From NCBI GenBank assembly GCA_040767085.1, contig JAXGPF010000007.1, forward strand, positions 224,266-288,265: 64,000 nt of DNA, given 5' to 3'. Under the pieces are notes generated by a model, which had not been told where the DNA came from, did not search any database, and saw only the letters and a program-made list of their open reading frames with translations. The position numbers and the translations under genes are program-made. Positions within the stretch are counted from its first letter, which is position 1. Every line of letters starts with the position of its first letter. The stretch comes from Kiritimatiellia bacterium. Its GTDB lineage: Bacteria; Verrucomicrobiota; Kiritimatiellia; JAAZAB01. Below, piece by piece: positions 61,581 to 64,000 of this stretch.

Positions 61581-63430
61581 GGTTCCTCCAAGACCGCGGT
61601 TTTGCGCCAGCCGGTAAACTCATCCAACTCCAGCATATGGCGCTGCATGGTATCCGCCTTGCGCCGCAATGCCGCCGCCGTGCCAGGCCCCAGCATGAAC
61701 GGGGTTTCCCCGGCCGGCTCGTCCGCCATGACCATGGCGTCGGGATGCCGGCCGATCAAATCGGCCAGGGCGCGGCAATTATCCATTTCGTCGCGCATGA
61801 TGCCGAGCAATTCCGCGCGCCGCTGCCGCAAGACTTCCAGGAACGGCAAATCCCGGTAATGATCTGTCAACCGCGCGGGAGCGCGGCACGATGTGTCCGC
61901 CGTAAAATTGCGCAACCCATCCAGCCGCACCTGGAAATTAACGCAATTCCGAACATTGCGCAACAAGCCTTGCAGGATTTCCAGTCCCGCCATGGCCGAC
62001 TGGAAATCGGCATGCGGGCGGCAGGCGTGGGCTTTTTTGAACCTGTTGTATGCCGCGGTATATTCCCGGAGCACTTCCGCAAAATCCTTGTTATATCTGG
62101 CCAGATGTTCTTCATCCTCAACCAGGCGGGTTGTCTGATCATCCAGCAGATCAATCCGCGGCGGGTTTTTTTCCACGCTGAAGATATACGGCTCGTAATC
62201 GGCGCGCTCGTCCGGCGTCAAACGTTCCGGGAAGACCACAAAAGGCCGGGTCAGGCGCCTTTGCCCCAGCGAGCCCATGAAGATCACTCCCAGGTCCGGG
62301 CTGATCCGCGCCAGCGCTTTTCCCGCCGCGCGCAGATGCCACCAGGCGTCCACCGCAGCCTCGGCGGCTTCCGCGCCATAGCGCCGTTCGGCCACCCCGG
62401 CGGCCAGCCGCACCTGCGCCACCGGCCCGGCGCCGGGCGCGCGATTGAAGGCCCCAATGACATCCGTGATGACGGACTCGCCCTCCCAATTGTTGCCATA
62501 CATGGTCGGCCGCGTGAAAAACACCGGCTGCTGAATGCCACCGGCAAAAGCCGCGCTTAACTTATCCAGGATTTCCGCCGGGTTCGGCAATCCCCGGACG
62601 GGAAACAGCGTGGCGTCCGTCGGCTGGCCCGCCACGGTCCGTTCGCCGGCGGCGTTGCCGCGGCCATGGGTATAATCACCGCAGCCTGCGGGGATGCGGC
62701 TCAGGAACGATGCGCGCTCCAGCGCGCCGCTGCCGGTGAAACGCGCGCTCTGGATGTAAAATTCCGCGGTATTTGAAACGCCGGCGCGGGCGGCCTCCAG
62801 GAATCCGCGCACCCGGTCAAAGATATGGATATTGCGGCAATGCAGCGGCCCATTGGACCCGTTGTACAGCCGGCTCCAGCAGAATCCGGTGGCGCTGTCG
62901 TTGGTGCGGATGATGACCACATCCAAAACGCCCTGGGCGAGTTCGGCGAGATTTTTAAAACCATCCCGATACATTTCCAGCACTTCCGGACAGTCCGTGC
63001 AGGGCGCGTAACGGGGATGTTTGCAAATCAGGGGCTGATCAACGCGGGGCCCCCTGAGTTCCGGATGGCGCTGAAAAATCCGCTCCGGCCAGTACATGGG
63101 ATCGTACAAAAACACCGCGCCTTTCAATCCGGCGTCCTTCAGGATCGCGGCGCGGCGGGCGATTGATTCACGCGCACGCGCGGCGTAATCCGCCGGCACC
63201 CAATCCCTCAAAAGCGCCGGCGGAAATATTTTAAACAGGCTGGTATGCACCACCGACCAGTGTAGATACGGGTCTTCAGGATCGTCTATTTCCCAGAAAG
63301 AGCGCTCCATTTCCGTGAAGGTCAGATGCGTCACCCCGGCCGCGGCGCAACGCCCGGCCAGGTCGGCATACCGGTCATATTCGTCAACAAAAGGGCTGCG
63401 GAGAATCAATTTTGTAAATGGCGCTTGCAT
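61577..63430 (-). CDS. Hypothetical protein, possibly glycoside-hydrolase-like
   Basis: 617-aa ORF with RBS, coupled to the downstream gene; HPELRGPRVD and TNDSATGFCW motifs; function not recognised. Confidence 0.7.
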   Translation of the reverse strand: MQAPFTKLILRSPFVDEYDRYADLAGRCAAAGVTHLTFTEMERSFWEIDDPEDPYLHWSVVHTSLFKIFPPALLRDWVPADYAARARESIARRAAILKDAGLKGAVFLYDPMYWPERIFQRHPELRGPRVDQPLICKHPRYAPCTDCPEVLEMYRDGFKNLAELAQGVLDVVIIRTNDSATGFCWSRLYNGSNGPLHCRNIHIFDRVRGFLEAARAGVSNTAEFYIQSARFTGSGALERASFLSRIPAGCGDYTHGRGNAAGERTVAGQPTDATLFPVRGLPNPAEILDKLSAAFAGGIQQPVFFTRPTMYGNNWEGESVITDVIGAFNRAPGAGPVAQVRLAAGVAERRYGAEAAEAAVDAWWHLRAAGKALARISPDLGVIFMGSLGQRRLTRPFVVFPERLTPDERADYEPYIFSVEKNPPRIDLLDDQTTRLVEDEEHLARYNKDFAEVLREYTAAYNRFKKAHACRPHADFQSAMAGLEILQGLLRNVRNCVNFQVRLDGLRNFTADTSCRAPARLTDHYRDLPFLEVLRQRRAELLGIMRDEMDNCRALADLIGRHPDAMVMADEPAGETPFMLGPGTAAALRRKADTMQRHMLELDEFTGWRKTAVLEEP

Positions 63431-63638
63431 ATAATCCTCATATAATGTTCATGGACAATAGTTTTGCCTCGGATGGCCCAAGGACGTCAATCATTCACCG
63501 TCTGAATATTCTTGTCTTCAAGTCCCGGATCGGGCTGAAATGCTTCACATTGCTCGCACACAGGATCACGGCAGCGTCCTCCGCGAAGCCTTTCCGCCGT
63601 TTTCGCAACCGGTTCCCGGCAATCCGCCAAATCTGCAA

Positions 63639-64000
63639 TCAAGGTTGCCGGCCGGATCGAATCAATGAATGAGAATGGACCACCGCCCGCCAGCGCCGGC
63701 AATACCGACGCTCGGCGGCCGATATAACGGCCCCCAGACTCAAAGCCCGCGTCAAAAATTCGCGCGCCTGGGCGCCACGCCCGGCCCGCAAGGCCTGCTG
63801 CGCCTGCAACTGCCAATGCAGCCCCTCCAGCCGCGCCAGGATGGAGCGCCAGCGCCCGCGCAATTCCTCCAGGTTCGCGCGCTGCCGTCGATCGGCCGCG
63901 CGCGGATGCCATCCATGCCGGCGCTCGCACTCCTGCAATGCATTCAGCATCCGCCGGCAAACCGCCAGGCGCCGGCGGTCAACGGCGGTCCACGCAGCCG
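63639..64000 (-). CDS. 3' end of a hypothetical protein entering from the right edge
   Basis: Frame open from the window edge to TGA at 63639; helical composition. Confidence 0.5.
   Translation of the reverse strand, partial: AAWTAVDRRRLAVCRRMLNALQECERRHGWHPRAADRRQRANLEELRGRWRSILARLEGLHWQLQAQQALRAGRGAQAREFLTRALSLGAVISAAERRYCRRWRAVVHSHSLIRSGRQP

Overview
GC-rich bacterial chromosomal window. 16S signatures (AGAGTTTGATTCTGG, GGCTGCAGTCGAG, GTCAGTATGGCC) and the Ala-Ile tRNA spacer suggest the PVC superphylum, probably Kiritimatiellae/Lentisphaerae-like (inference). Most genes, including a complete rrn operon (16S-tRNA-Ala-tRNA-Ile-23S-5S), are on the minus strand. Housekeeping blocks: yggS-proC-DUF3108-hldA-kdsB-kdsA-lptCAB-hpf-hprK-ptsH-ptsI; metK-ahcY-lptF; purB-purA-glmS; speD-speE; a TetR-TolC-MFP-RND-PII-like efflux operon; a C1/methyl-transfer group (pterin-binding methyltransferase, fhs, MtaA/UroD-thioredoxin fusion); and uronate/polysaccharide genes (uxaE, PL22-like, GH88/105-like, Gfo/Idh/MocA). 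Three IS elements have intact ends and target duplications: ISL3 (8 bp), IS1202-like (16 bp), and a 3.7-kb Mu/IS21-like element with three core ORFs plus a TPR passenger gene (3 bp), which splits a CobW-family GTPase. The most notable unexplained signal is a ~165-nt near-perfect four-way-junction RNA between a sigma70-type promoter and purB. Also notable: a tandem DUF1284-like/CBM9-like protein missing from the ORF track, an inserted domain in LptF, and an archaeal-looking PurB. Family calls are from motif recognition only; no searches were run.
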